Shown one piece after another: positions 1 to 9,445 of a DNA stretch of 62,571 nt. The position numbers and the translations under genes were made by a program. The stretch's first letter is position 1. Every line of letters begins with the position of its first letter. The DNA comes from Deltaproteobacteria bacterium (GTDB lineage Bacteria; Desulfobacterota; Desulfobacteria; Desulfobacterales; JAUWMJ01): the NCBI GenBank assembly GCA_030638575.1, contig DAOWEJ010000002.1:1-62571 (forward strand), given 5' to 3'. The notes below the pieces were generated by a model. That model had not been told where the DNA came from. It saw only the letters and a program-made list of their open reading frames with translations, and did no database searches.

Positions 1-1111
1 AAACTCCCATCACATCGGTTTTTTCCGGTTCAGTCAGCACCTGGTCAGAATCAAGACTTCCTGCGCGTTCTATGGCATCTTTTAACACATAAACTGCCAT
101 GTAGCTGCTGGATGTCCCCAGGCCTTCAGGTTCGACCCCCCATTTTTTGGCATAGGCGTTATAAAATTTCATAGTCCACGGCGTGGCATTGGATGGTGCA
201 TTACCGGCGTTGACGACGTTGCACAGTGTGTATTCGCCCTTGCCATCAGTGGCTTTCCAGAAACCTGGTTGCTCTGCGGCGGCAAGAGTGGAACCGAAGG
301 GGAGCGCAGGAATCTTCATATCATACCATTGTTTCAGGAGAATAGCACTTTCCGGCATGTCCATCCAGATATTGATAATCTCAGTATTCGTCTTTTTAGC
401 TTTGAGCAGTCCCATGGAAAAATCAGTAGCCCCAGTGGGATATATTTCAAGGCCTGTGACGTTCCATCCTTTTTTGGTCGCGACTTTTTTCATACCATTT
501 GCCGCACCGCGAGCATGGGCAACATCTTGAGCAATAATAAAAACATTATTGAATCCGTATTTCTCTTTTAGGTCAGCAAAATTAGCTATCATCTCACCAA
601 TTAGCTGTACACCCTCCCCGTGAATGCGAAAGCAATACTTAAACTTGTCATACTCCTTCGCCACCATGGCATGGTATTTCGGGGTCAGCACACCGGTGGA
701 GAGGATGGAAACCTTTTTATGTTTGGACAGAAGGGGCATGGCAGCCAGGGCCGCCTCCGAGCGGACCGGTCCGCCCAGAATAAAGTCCGCCTTTTTATCT
801 AGGATAAGCTTTTCAACTGCAAGGAGCGCCTCGCTCACCGGCACACCGGGTTCCAGGTCTCTGGTATCGATCACTTCGACTTTGAATGGGTGTTTTTTAC
901 CGCCCACATTCACACCCCCCTTTTCGTTGATCTCTTCAACGGCCAATTTGACGCCCCTTTCCGCATCCCATCCATAGAGAAAAGCGGTTGAAAGCGGGCA
1001 ACCGATAACGATTGGTTTTATTGGTTCTTTAGCCACGTCGCAGCTCTGGAATACAGCAACCAGCATTGCAATCGCTACAATGATAATAATTTTAAAATAC
1101 CTTGCTTTCAT
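1..1111 (-). CDS. ABC-transporter periplasmic substrate-binding protein, LivK/branched-chain-amino-acid type (C-terminal end outside window)
   Basis: Absent from the ORF track because it runs off the window edge. Own translation of the minus strand from ATG 1111-1109 gives MKARYFKIIIIVAIAMLVAVFQSCDVAKEPIKPIVIGCPLSTAFLYGWDAERGVKLAVEEINEKGGVNVGGKKHPFKVEVIDT... That is a signal peptide followed by a type-I periplasmic-binding-fold pattern. AGGAGG lies 8 nt upstream and the frame stays open to position 2. The plus-strand ORFs 183-977 are antisense shadows of this gene. Confidence 0.7.
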   Translation of the reverse strand, partial: MKARYFKIIIIVAIAMLVAVFQSCDVAKEPIKPIVIGCPLSTAFLYGWDAERGVKLAVEEINEKGGVNVGGKKHPFKVEVIDTRDLEPGVPVSEALLAVEKLILDKKADFILGGPVRSEAALAAMPLLSKHKKVSILSTGVLTPKYHAMVAKEYDKFKYCFRIHGEGVQLIGEMIANFADLKEKYGFNNVFIIAQDVAHARGAANGMKKVATKKGWNVTGLEIYPTGATDFSMGLLKAKKTNTEIINIWMDMPESAILLKQWYDMKIPALPFGSTLAAAEQPGFWKATDGKGEYTLCNVVNAGNAPSNATPWTMKFYNAYAKKWGVEPEGLGTSSSYMAVYVLKDAIERAGSLDSDQVLTEPEKTDVMGV

Positions 1112-1473
1112 TTTTCATTCCTCCTTTGCTTTAAAAAATGTGAGTTTGGGAGTAGCCTTTTGTTAATATTGATGAATTCGTAAAAAGTGGTTTTTCTACT
1201 TTTTACGAAACTATCAATATTGATTGATGGAAGAAAAAGAGTCATTTATAAAAGGTCTCTATGCATAAAATTATATGTGCAAGACGAGAAGAGAAATAGC
1301 TGTGGAGATCTAAATAACGTTCATTGTTAAGAAGATTGTTTATTATTTATATTGGAATTGAGCTGTGGTCAAGGAAAAAACAGCTAGATAAATTCTAGAA
1401 CCTAATCTATAAACCATTTAAAATAAATTAAGCACAGGCAAGAAATACCAGCATCACAATTTAGGTTATCTGC

Positions 1474-1815
1474 TTATTTTTTCTTCAGATTCTTGAGCGA
1501 AATGACTTTAGCACCAGTGCTATTTCGGGGTGTTTTCTTTTTATTTATCGGTACTTCCAGGTTATCAGGGATTTCCGGATCTTTCGGGCAAACAACTTCT
1601 TCCAGACGCATTTTTTTCCCATCCATCGTGAATTCACTGCCGTTTATATAAATATCTCTCAATATCCATGTGACAACTTGAAGGGGGACCTGAAGAATAA
1701 GGAGCTTAACATGATACCAGTTAGGTTTTGAATCAGGCAGGATATCTTCTATTCTGGCGAAAGCAAGAGGTTTATCTTCAAGAAATATAAGTACAGTATC
1801 TTTTTCTTTAGCCAT
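1474..1815 (-). CDS. hypothetical protein (113 aa, basic C-terminal tail)
   Basis: Isolated ORF with a purine-rich stretch (AGAGG) upstream of the ATG. No motif recognised. Confidence 0.4.
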   Translation of the reverse strand: MAKEKDTVLIFLEDKPLAFARIEDILPDSKPNWYHVKLLILQVPLQVVTWILRDIYINGSEFTMDGKKMRLEEVVCPKDPEIPDNLEVPINKKKTPRNSTGAKVISLKNLKKK

Positions 1816-2062
1816 TACAGCGGACCTCTTTTGTGGATTTAATTTTTGAAAAAGAAGGTTTATTGACTTTTTATCAAACCATCATTTCTATTTGTTACAT
1901 ATCGTACAACTTATGTAAAGTTTTGAGAATCGGGCTATTGTGTTTTTTTATATGATAGTGGTATAATATTAAACATTGAAATGTTTCAACCTTTATGTCA
2001 TCTTCAGCCCCATTAAATAAGGGAGGCAGGCCCTGAGTTTATATAATATACATCCGATCGTA

Positions 2063-2782
2063 ATGGGAACCAAGGTTTTTGACAAAGGCATGATGACCTA
2101 CCAGCATGACTATGGAAAGGTATATACCATACCTATTTACTCATGGTATCTGGAAGGCGGCGATAAGAAAGTTCTTGTAGACACCGGAGAAATGAATCCA
2201 ATACAATCTGAAGACAGGGAAAAGTCGATTGGCGGAAAGATTTATACTTTTGAACAAGGGCTTAAAAAATGGGATATCTCTCCGGAGGAAATCGATATTG
2301 TAATACATACTCATTTACACAACGATCATTGTGAAAATGACTATAAATGTGTTAATGCCGTATTTTATGTCCATGAAAAAGAACTGGAACGTATACACGA
2401 TCCCCATCCATTAGATTTCCGTTACCTTGAAGATTATATTGAGGATGTGGAAAAAAATGGACAGATTAAAACCGTGACAAAGGATTTGGAAGTTTTACCT
2501 GGAATCCGGGTTATGCATACACCTGTCCATACGGAAGGAGGATTAACGGTACTTGTTGACACACCTGAAGGGAAGGCCGCCATAACCGGCTTTTGTGTGA
2601 TCAGGGAAAACTTTTTACCGCCAAAAGAAATAAAAGCAATGGAAATGGAGGTTATTCCGCCGGGAACACCTGTTAATGTGTATGAATCCTATGATATCAT
2701 GCTCAAAGTTAAAGAAATTGCAGATATATTGATTCCACTTCATGAGCCGGAATTTGCATCTGTTGATACTGTATCTAAATAA
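2063..2782 (+). CDS. metallo-beta-lactamase-fold hydrolase (N-acyl-homoserine-lactonase-like family)
   Basis: Carries the HxHxDH zinc motif (HTHLHNDH) plus downstream His/Asp ligands (HTPVHTEGG). Length is typical for MBL-fold lactonases. Confidence 0.7.
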   Translation: MGTKVFDKGMMTYQHDYGKVYTIPIYSWYLEGGDKKVLVDTGEMNPIQSEDREKSIGGKIYTFEQGLKKWDISPEEIDIVIHTHLHNDHCENDYKCVNAVFYVHEKELERIHDPHPLDFRYLEDYIEDVEKNGQIKTVTKDLEVLPGIRVMHTPVHTEGGLTVLVDTPEGKAAITGFCVIRENFLPPKEIKAMEMEVIPPGTPVNVYESYDIMLKVKEIADILIPLHEPEFASVDTVSK

Positions 2783-2824
2783 CAAAAAACATAAATTTCA
2801 TTAAGTGTCCTTAGGAGAATAAAA

Positions 2825-3349
2825 ATGAAGATAAACACTCTTTTTTCAAAAATTTCAATCATTCTCCTTGTCTCTATGCTCGTTCTTGGAATAAGCACAG
2901 AGCTGCTGGCGGATCAGGAGAAAGTGGAAAAAACACTGGAAGAAAAAAAGGCCTCCGAAGTTGCTGTAGAAAAGGATGCCACTGAACCTAAAAAAGATGC
3001 TGCATATTGGTATGACAGGGGGATTCTTTGTTCGGTTTACGGAAATGACATTGCTGCAATTAAATATTTTGAAAAGGTTATTAAGCTCGAACCAGAAAGA
3101 AGCAAAGCTTATTTTCATAGGGGCGTATCATACGGTGAGATTGATGAGTTCGAAAAAGGGCTCTCTTCTATCTGCAAAGCAATTGAACTTGACCCTCAGA
3201 TGGGGCTTTACTACTATGGCAGAGGGAGGGTTTACCTGATGTTAGGTGATAAAGAAAAGGCTATAGAAGATTTCAAACAGGCAGCGATTCTGGGTGACTA
3301 TGATGCACGGAATTACTTGAAAAATGTTGTTATGGTTGAATGGGAATAA
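2825..3349 (+). CDS. secreted TPR-repeat protein
   Basis: N-terminal signal peptide (ILLVSMLVLGISTELLA). Three TPR-like units follow (AAYWYDRGILC..., AYFHRGVSYGEI..., GLYYYGRGRVYLMLGDKEKAIEDF). AGGAGA lies upstream. Confidence 0.7.
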   Translation: MKINTLFSKISIILLVSMLVLGISTELLADQEKVEKTLEEKKASEVAVEKDATEPKKDAAYWYDRGILCSVYGNDIAAIKYFEKVIKLEPERSKAYFHRGVSYGEIDEFEKGLSSICKAIELDPQMGLYYYGRGRVYLMLGDKEKAIEDFKQAAILGDYDARNYLKNVVMVEWE

Positions 3350-3412
3350 AAAGATCGGGTTTCGTATTATGGATAGCGATAGATATTGTTGTAAGTTTTA
3401 AAAACGTTTCTA

Positions 3413-5926
3413 ATGAGTATAAAGATTAAAAAAATATTATTTTCCAACTTACTGCTATGCATGTTTCTCACCCTGCTGGTTATCGGGGGGATGCTGCTGG
3501 AGTTTTATCCCATGCAGTTTCTGGAATACAAGGCCTATGATTTTTTTGCCGGCTTGCGGAAAAGGGAAAATAGCAGCCCGGTTGTGATTGTAAAAATTGA
3601 TGATAAGAGCATTAAAAATATCGGATGCTGGCCATGGCCTCGTTCTTATATAGCCGATATGATCCGCCGGCTTTCCGGGTATGGTCCAAAGGCATTTGGC
3701 TTGAACCTTTTATATTCCGGAAGTGAAATGAACCTCGGTCTCAAGGAGATCAAAAATGTAAGAGAGAAACTTAAAAACGACCCATTTTTGAAAAAAAGAA
3801 AAAGCCGTCTTAAGATTGACAAAATTCTGGCCAAAGCAGAGAAACGGCTGGAGCATGATGCTAAACTCACGGCGGCTGTGAATCACGCTTTAAACATTGT
3901 CTTGCCTTTACGTTTTACCATTGGTCTTTCTGAGCGTGATGATACTTCCGAATTATCTGGGGTTTTAATTAGAAATTCGCTGGATTTAAGCAGGAAGAAT
4001 GCTAATCCGGCAAGGCCTGCGCACAGCTTGAATGATAAGACAATTATCGCCAGGGCAGTTACCACTTCTTTCGACCAGGCGGCCAGAAAGGCAGGAGCGC
4101 TTGGTCATATCAACCAGATTGCAAACCGGGACGGCACGGTCAGGAAATTACCTCTTTTTATCAAATATAAGGAGCGATATTTTCCTTCCATAGCCCTTCA
4201 GCTTGCTGCAAAATATGTAGGGGGAAGTATCGAGGACTTAAAGTTTGAGGACGATGGTCTTAGTCTCGAAAACCTTAAAATACCAACTGACAAATATTAC
4301 AGGATGTTGATCGATTATGGCGGACAGGGACAAAGAATTACAAGCTTCTCCTTTTCAGATGTTTTTTACGGCAGGGTTCCTGCAAATGCTTTTCATGATA
4401 AGATCGTTTTGCTTGGAATCACTTCAAAAGATATAATTCCTCTGTTTAAAACAACAGTCAACGCCGATGTTTCAAGTGTTGAGATATGCGCAAATGTTGT
4501 TGAGAACATTTTAAACCGCAAGCATTTTTCCAGACCTGCCTGGGCGTATGCATTGGAAATTATGGTCATTTTATATTTCGGTCTGTTTCTCGTATTTGTC
4601 ATTCCCAAGGTAAATCCCAGGGACGGTGCACTAATACTCGGTATTTTTCTAATCACCTGGGTCGGATTTGCCGTGGTTCTTTTTATGGTATTCGGCTACT
4701 GGCTCAAGGTCCTCTCACCTATTTTTCTTGCTGTAATTGGCTACTTTCTCCTGGGATATAAAAGGTTTTCCGATGAAAAACAGCATGAAACCATGGAACT
4801 GAACAAAATGCTGGGCCTGTCGTTTCAGAAAAAGGGTATACTCGATTTTGCCTTTGAAAAGTTTTTGCTCTGTCCGGTTGAAAACAAAGAGGTGAGAAAC
4901 CTCCTTTACGATCTTGGTCTCGATTTTGAACGAAAAAGGATGTTTAAAAAGGCACTAAAAGTTTATAATCATATGCTGAAAGCAGGTAGATTTAAGGATA
5001 TAAACGAGCGGATAAAAACTCTTGAAAATCTAGGAGAAACAGCCATATTTGCTCCTGGTTCCTCCCGGCAGGAAGCAACATTATTATTGAATAGTGCAAC
5101 AACTAAACCGACCCTGGGGCGTTATGAGATTATAAAGGAACTCGGGCAGGGAGCAATGGGTACTGTCTATCTTGGCAAAGATCCGAAAATCAACAGGGAA
5201 GTGGCAATAAAAACCCTGAAATACGGAGATGTGGATGCAGACAAACTGGCTGAGGTAAAAAAGCGGTTTTTTCGCGAAGCAGAGGCCGCAGGGAGGCTCT
5301 CTCACACAAAAATAGTGACAATTTTCGATGTGGGGGAGGAATATGATATGGCCTATATGGCCATGGAGCTTATAAAAGGGAAGGATCTATCTGAATATTG
5401 CAGTAAAGATAAATTACTTCCGGTGAAACGTGTACTTGAAGTGGTTTCATCTGTGGCCAAGGCTCTCGATTATGCACACCGCCATGATGTTGTGCATCGC
5501 GATATTAAACCTGATAATATTATTCTTTTGAAGAACAATCAGGTGAAGGTTGCCGATTTCGGCATTGCACGGGTTATGACTGCATCAAAAACCCAGACAG
5601 GTGTTATCCTCGGGACTCCCAATTACATGTCACCTGAACAGGTTGCAGCGGAAAAAGTGGATGGCCGCAGCGACCTCTTTTCCCTTGGTGTTGTTTTTTA
5701 TGAACTTTTGACCGGAGAAAAGCCCTTTAAAGGTGATAACCTTACAAATCTGATGTATGCCATTTCTAATGCTTCCTATGTACCGCTATCTGAGGTTAAA
5801 CAGGATATTCCTTCATGTTGTGGGGCAATTATCGAGAAGTCCCTGACAAAAAGTGTAAGGAAGCGGTTTAAATCCGCAGCTGAAATGGGGAAAAATATCC
5901 AATCGTGCTTAAAGAAACTTGACTGA
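3413..5926 (+). CDS. CHASE2-domain membrane sensor fused to a Ser/Thr protein kinase
   Basis: N-terminal TM segment, then a CHASE2-like extracytoplasmic region and three TM helices (residues ~380-450). The C-terminal Hanks kinase has GxGxxG (LGQGAMGTV), VAIK, HRDIKPDN, DFG and SPE motifs. Confidence 0.8.
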   Translation: MSIKIKKILFSNLLLCMFLTLLVIGGMLLEFYPMQFLEYKAYDFFAGLRKRENSSPVVIVKIDDKSIKNIGCWPWPRSYIADMIRRLSGYGPKAFGLNLLYSGSEMNLGLKEIKNVREKLKNDPFLKKRKSRLKIDKILAKAEKRLEHDAKLTAAVNHALNIVLPLRFTIGLSERDDTSELSGVLIRNSLDLSRKNANPARPAHSLNDKTIIARAVTTSFDQAARKAGALGHINQIANRDGTVRKLPLFIKYKERYFPSIALQLAAKYVGGSIEDLKFEDDGLSLENLKIPTDKYYRMLIDYGGQGQRITSFSFSDVFYGRVPANAFHDKIVLLGITSKDIIPLFKTTVNADVSSVEICANVVENILNRKHFSRPAWAYALEIMVILYFGLFLVFVIPKVNPRDGALILGIFLITWVGFAVVLFMVFGYWLKVLSPIFLAVIGYFLLGYKRFSDEKQHETMELNKMLGLSFQKKGILDFAFEKFLLCPVENKEVRNLLYDLGLDFERKRMFKKALKVYNHMLKAGRFKDINERIKTLENLGETAIFAPGSSRQEATLLLNSATTKPTLGRYEIIKELGQGAMGTVYLGKDPKINREVAIKTLKYGDVDADKLAEVKKRFFREAEAAGRLSHTKIVTIFDVGEEYDMAYMAMELIKGKDLSEYCSKDKLLPVKRVLEVVSSVAKALDYAHRHDVVHRDIKPDNIILLKNNQVKVADFGIARVMTASKTQTGVILGTPNYMSPEQVAAEKVDGRSDLFSLGVVFYELLTGEKPFKGDNLTNLMYAISNASYVPLSEVKQDIPSCCGAIIEKSLTKSVRKRFKSAAEMGKNIQSCLKKLD

Positions 5927-5949
5927 GCCATAAAATTTTCTGTTTAAAA

Positions 5950-8928
5950 TCATTTAATCAAAACCGCCCTCGATTTTTTCCCATTTATTTTCAAAGTTAT
6001 CGGGGCATCAAGTTTTACATGCCTTAAATAATCGGTTTCTCTTTCCGCAGGCAGTGATTTTAGCCAGTCAAAATCCAGAAAATCATCGCCGCCTTCCGCT
6101 ATTGTAAGGTAGCTGATACCAAGAGAGGTAATATTATGGAAGAAATGGGACCCCTGGGAAGGATCAGCTTTTAAGTTTTCCGCTGTAGTTTCTATTATTG
6201 CGCCGATGCCTGAGATATCATTCCAGGTCACAGGGATTCCAAGCCAGTGATCAGCCGAACCCCATCTTCCCGGACCGATAAGTAGATATTTTCGATTCTG
6301 TTGTACCATATGACGGTTCATTTTACTTATTTCACCGGCTATTTCAACAGTTTTAGCCGGATCAAAGGAATCAGGCCTGGCAAAGATGATGTCGGCAATA
6401 TCGACAAATTTGCCATTGCCCAGAGCCATTGTTGAAAAACAAAAAGCGCGACTTATATCTTTTTTAGTTATTTCGATATCCCTGTTGTGTTGGCTTATGG
6501 CCATCGGTCTTATCTGAAGAAGGCTGAATTCCGCCTTTTGCTTTTTACTAAAATCGATATTAACGGAAAATTCGATTTCAACCGGGGAACCGAGACCTTT
6601 ACGCCCTATTTTCAGGATTTCGGAAAGGACTTGCGGGAGTGGAAATGAGTTATATTTTAATATACTTGCAAATGTAAGCACCTTATAGCCCGGTACATTA
6701 CCCATGTCCCGTATCCGGTGTTCTTCGGGAACATACGTGCTGGAAAAATTAATTACAGGGGCATGATCATATGCATCATCGATTTCAAGTTTTGTTAGGG
6801 TTTCATCATCTGCTGACTTATCCGGCGACACGAAGCTATCCGGTGAATCTACCATTTTAAGCGCGTAAAAGAAACGCTGGGAATTTTTTAAAATGTCATC
6901 CACTGTAGAGAACTGGGGGAGAAACTGGGGATATTTCGGAGAAAAACGCAAAGATGTTCCTCCTTCAACTACTGTTTTCCCCAATCCCAGTGCAATATGT
7001 GCAATGCCTTCCTCCGGTTTCATATGGGATATTGGATAAAAATTATACGACTGGGCAACTCCTGAAAGCGCCGGATAGAAATAGTCACCGTGGCGGACTC
7101 CGCTTAACTGCTGAATAGCAACAGCCATTTTCTCATCTTCTGTTCGATGGAGGGTACTTTTTGCATAAGCCCTTGGAATCTCAAGATATGTGGAAGCATA
7201 AACCAGTTTTATTGCCTTGACCAGTTGTGCAAACCTTTGAGCAGGGTCGGGATGCTGATTGGGCAGCATATAGGTCTTGTAAATACCTGCAAAAGGCTGA
7301 AACTGAGCATCTTCAAGGAGACTGGAAGAACGAACCGCCAGGGGATATTTTACATGTTCAAGAAATAAATTGAGGTTGTTGCGGAGCCAATCGGGCAGGG
7401 TGGATTTTATAAAAATTTCTGTAATTTCAGCATCGCTGAGGTCACTTGTCGAAATATCCTTAAGGTTGTTTTCGCTGATAAAGGAGTCAAAGGCTTCTGT
7501 TGAGATGACAAGAGTTTTAGGGACGTTGATGATTATATCATTGAATTTTTCGTGAATTTGAGGATTTTTATTTAGCTGGGCAGATATAAACGCAAGCCCT
7601 CTCGCTTTTCCTCCGAGAGAACCCTTGCCGATTTTGATGAATTCTGCATCCGGGTCAAAATCACCGGAAACAAAATCGGCAATTATGCCTTTTTGGAGCC
7701 CCTTCCGCCGTTTATGAATACAGGCTATAAGATACTCTTTCCTTGCCTTTACGGTCTTAAAATCGGAAGGTTTGATAGGTTTGAGAATTGAGGCAAGCAA
7801 GGTTTCCGAGCGGGCCATGAGCCATCTTGAAAAATGATTCCTTACTGCATGAAAATAAACAGATTCATCAGGAATAGAAGGCAGAATTTTTTCCATTGCT
7901 CTAAGATTTGATACCCTCGCCACCTCCTTGCCATCGGGAAGACGAAAAATAAAGTCACCAAAGCCGAGCCTTTCTATGAAAAAGGATCGGATTTCAGAAT
8001 GGAGTGTAGGCGAATTTTTATTCAAAAAAACAGCCGGAATCTTTGCCGCTTTCTTACGGTTTGCCTCTTCCGAGCTGAGATTGAGAAGCGGTATATCAGG
8101 TATTTCTTTTCTTATCATGGAAAGGAGATCAAATCCTGCATGGTCGTTCATTTTTCCGTTTCGGGGAAAACGGACATCTGAAAAGACACTCAGCAGATAA
8201 GGTTTATACTGCCTGTACAGCTTTTCAGCCTCTTCATAGTTTTCAGCAATAAGGATTTTGGGACGTGCTCTCATCCTGAGAATACGATGTTCTTCATTGA
8301 GCGACTCCTCCATTACCGCTTGAGTCTGCATAACGATTTCTTTATAGAGAATTGGAAGAAAGGATGAGTAATATATGGGCGAGTCTTCCACCAAAATGAT
8401 GACCCTGACCTTTGCTCTTTGAGTATCATAGGCGACGTTCATCTGATCTTCTGTATTTTTAATCAGGGCTAGAAGAAGATCGCTGTTTCCATACCAAACG
8501 TATAGTCTGTCTATTGAGCTTAGATCAGGATGTTCAGAGTCAAGGAGAAGCCTGTTGGTGTTGTGAGCAAGGAGAAAAACCGGCAACTCCGGGCATCTTT
8601 TTTTTATTTTTTTTCCAAGACCAAAAGCATCCATGTCATCCAAGCGGGGCATGGTAATGACAAGATCGAATTCTTTGTGGGATAAAGCATTAAGTGCTTC
8701 CTGGGCGGTGGATACCCAGGTCAGCATAGGAGGCCTGGAAAGATTCAATCCGCGATATTCATGGATGATTCTTTCGGCAAGGCGTCCTTCCTCTTCCATG
8801 ATAAAAGAGTCATATGGGCTTGAAACCAAAAGGATTTCAGTGACTTTTTTCGCCATAAGTTCATGAAAAACTTTAAAGGAAAGATCAAAATCATCTAACT
8901 TGTTATCCGGCAAATTTATATCAGTCAT
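5950..8928 (-). CDS. response-regulator receiver domains fused to a PEP/pyruvate-binding (PPDK_N-type) domain protein
   Basis: The N-terminal ~350 aa look like two CheY-like receiver modules (LLVSSPYD..., VIILVEDSP...). The central region has the KIGKGSLGGKARGLAFI pattern typical of the ATP-grasp/PPDK N-terminal domain of PEP synthase-like enzymes. Confidence 0.65.
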   Translation of the reverse strand: MTDINLPDNKLDDFDLSFKVFHELMAKKVTEILLVSSPYDSFIMEEEGRLAERIIHEYRGLNLSRPPMLTWVSTAQEALNALSHKEFDLVITMPRLDDMDAFGLGKKIKKRCPELPVFLLAHNTNRLLLDSEHPDLSSIDRLYVWYGNSDLLLALIKNTEDQMNVAYDTQRAKVRVIILVEDSPIYYSSFLPILYKEIVMQTQAVMEESLNEEHRILRMRARPKILIAENYEEAEKLYRQYKPYLLSVFSDVRFPRNGKMNDHAGFDLLSMIRKEIPDIPLLNLSSEEANRKKAAKIPAVFLNKNSPTLHSEIRSFFIERLGFGDFIFRLPDGKEVARVSNLRAMEKILPSIPDESVYFHAVRNHFSRWLMARSETLLASILKPIKPSDFKTVKARKEYLIACIHKRRKGLQKGIIADFVSGDFDPDAEFIKIGKGSLGGKARGLAFISAQLNKNPQIHEKFNDIIINVPKTLVISTEAFDSFISENNLKDISTSDLSDAEITEIFIKSTLPDWLRNNLNLFLEHVKYPLAVRSSSLLEDAQFQPFAGIYKTYMLPNQHPDPAQRFAQLVKAIKLVYASTYLEIPRAYAKSTLHRTEDEKMAVAIQQLSGVRHGDYFYPALSGVAQSYNFYPISHMKPEEGIAHIALGLGKTVVEGGTSLRFSPKYPQFLPQFSTVDDILKNSQRFFYALKMVDSPDSFVSPDKSADDETLTKLEIDDAYDHAPVINFSSTYVPEEHRIRDMGNVPGYKVLTFASILKYNSFPLPQVLSEILKIGRKGLGSPVEIEFSVNIDFSKKQKAEFSLLQIRPMAISQHNRDIEITKKDISRAFCFSTMALGNGKFVDIADIIFARPDSFDPAKTVEIAGEISKMNRHMVQQNRKYLLIGPGRWGSADHWLGIPVTWNDISGIGAIIETTAENLKADPSQGSHFFHNITSLGISYLTIAEGGDDFLDFDWLKSLPAERETDYLRHVKLDAPITLKINGKKSRAVLIK

Positions 8929-8969
8929 TATATCGTCTCTCGGTGCGTTATTTATATTACCCTGAAAAA

Positions 8970-9244
8970 CCTGGTCCTTTGGGCCAGGTCAGAGTTCTTC
9001 GGCTCTGCCTTGGAGTTTGGTGTCTTAAATAACAAATCCCAAGCACCAAATTCCAAATAAATCTCAAAATCCAAATTTCAAACCGGTTCAAAGCGATTGT
9101 TTTTTTTGTTTGGGATTTTGAATTTTGGTCATTGTTATTTATTTGTTTTTTGGGATTTGTTATTTGGAATTTCAGTAAGTCAATGAACTTTCAATAAAGC
9201 AAATCCCCTCTGGGGATAACCAAAGCCTGGTCCTTTGGGCCAGG
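8970..9244. repeat. repeat family I copy I1: AT-rich palindrome flanked by 19-bp direct repeats that are themselves hairpins
   Basis: cctggtcctttgggccagg occurs at 8970-8988 and 9226-9244. Between them, caaatcccaa...ccaaattccaaataaat...aaatttcaaacc is mirrored by gggattttgaattttgg...tttgggatttgttatttggaattt. Confidence 0.75.
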
Positions 9245-9333
9245 ATTCTTTACATTTATTTGGTTTGGATAATTTTAATATACAGTAATTCGAAAGAGGA
9301 GACAAGAAACAAGTTAGGGCAGGGAGGAAACTA

Positions 9334-9362
9334 TTGACTAGCCATCTGCTACTTGATACTTT
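9334..9362 (+). promoter_or_regulatory. possible sigma-70 promoter for nadE
   Basis: TTGACT, then 17 nt, then TACTTT, about 85 nt upstream of the nadE ATG. Pattern match only. Confidence 0.25.
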
Positions 9363-9445
9363 TTATGGAAAAATATTAAAATCTTATAAAACAGATAATT
9401 GCCTTAGCCTAAAACATAAAACGAATTTTTGGATTTAAATTTACT

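Noticed and set aside
183-977. Four plus-strand ORFs (100-117 aa) at the left edge
   Set aside because: They are antisense shadows of the well-supported minus-strand substrate-binding-protein gene (1-1111). They have no SD and no motifs.
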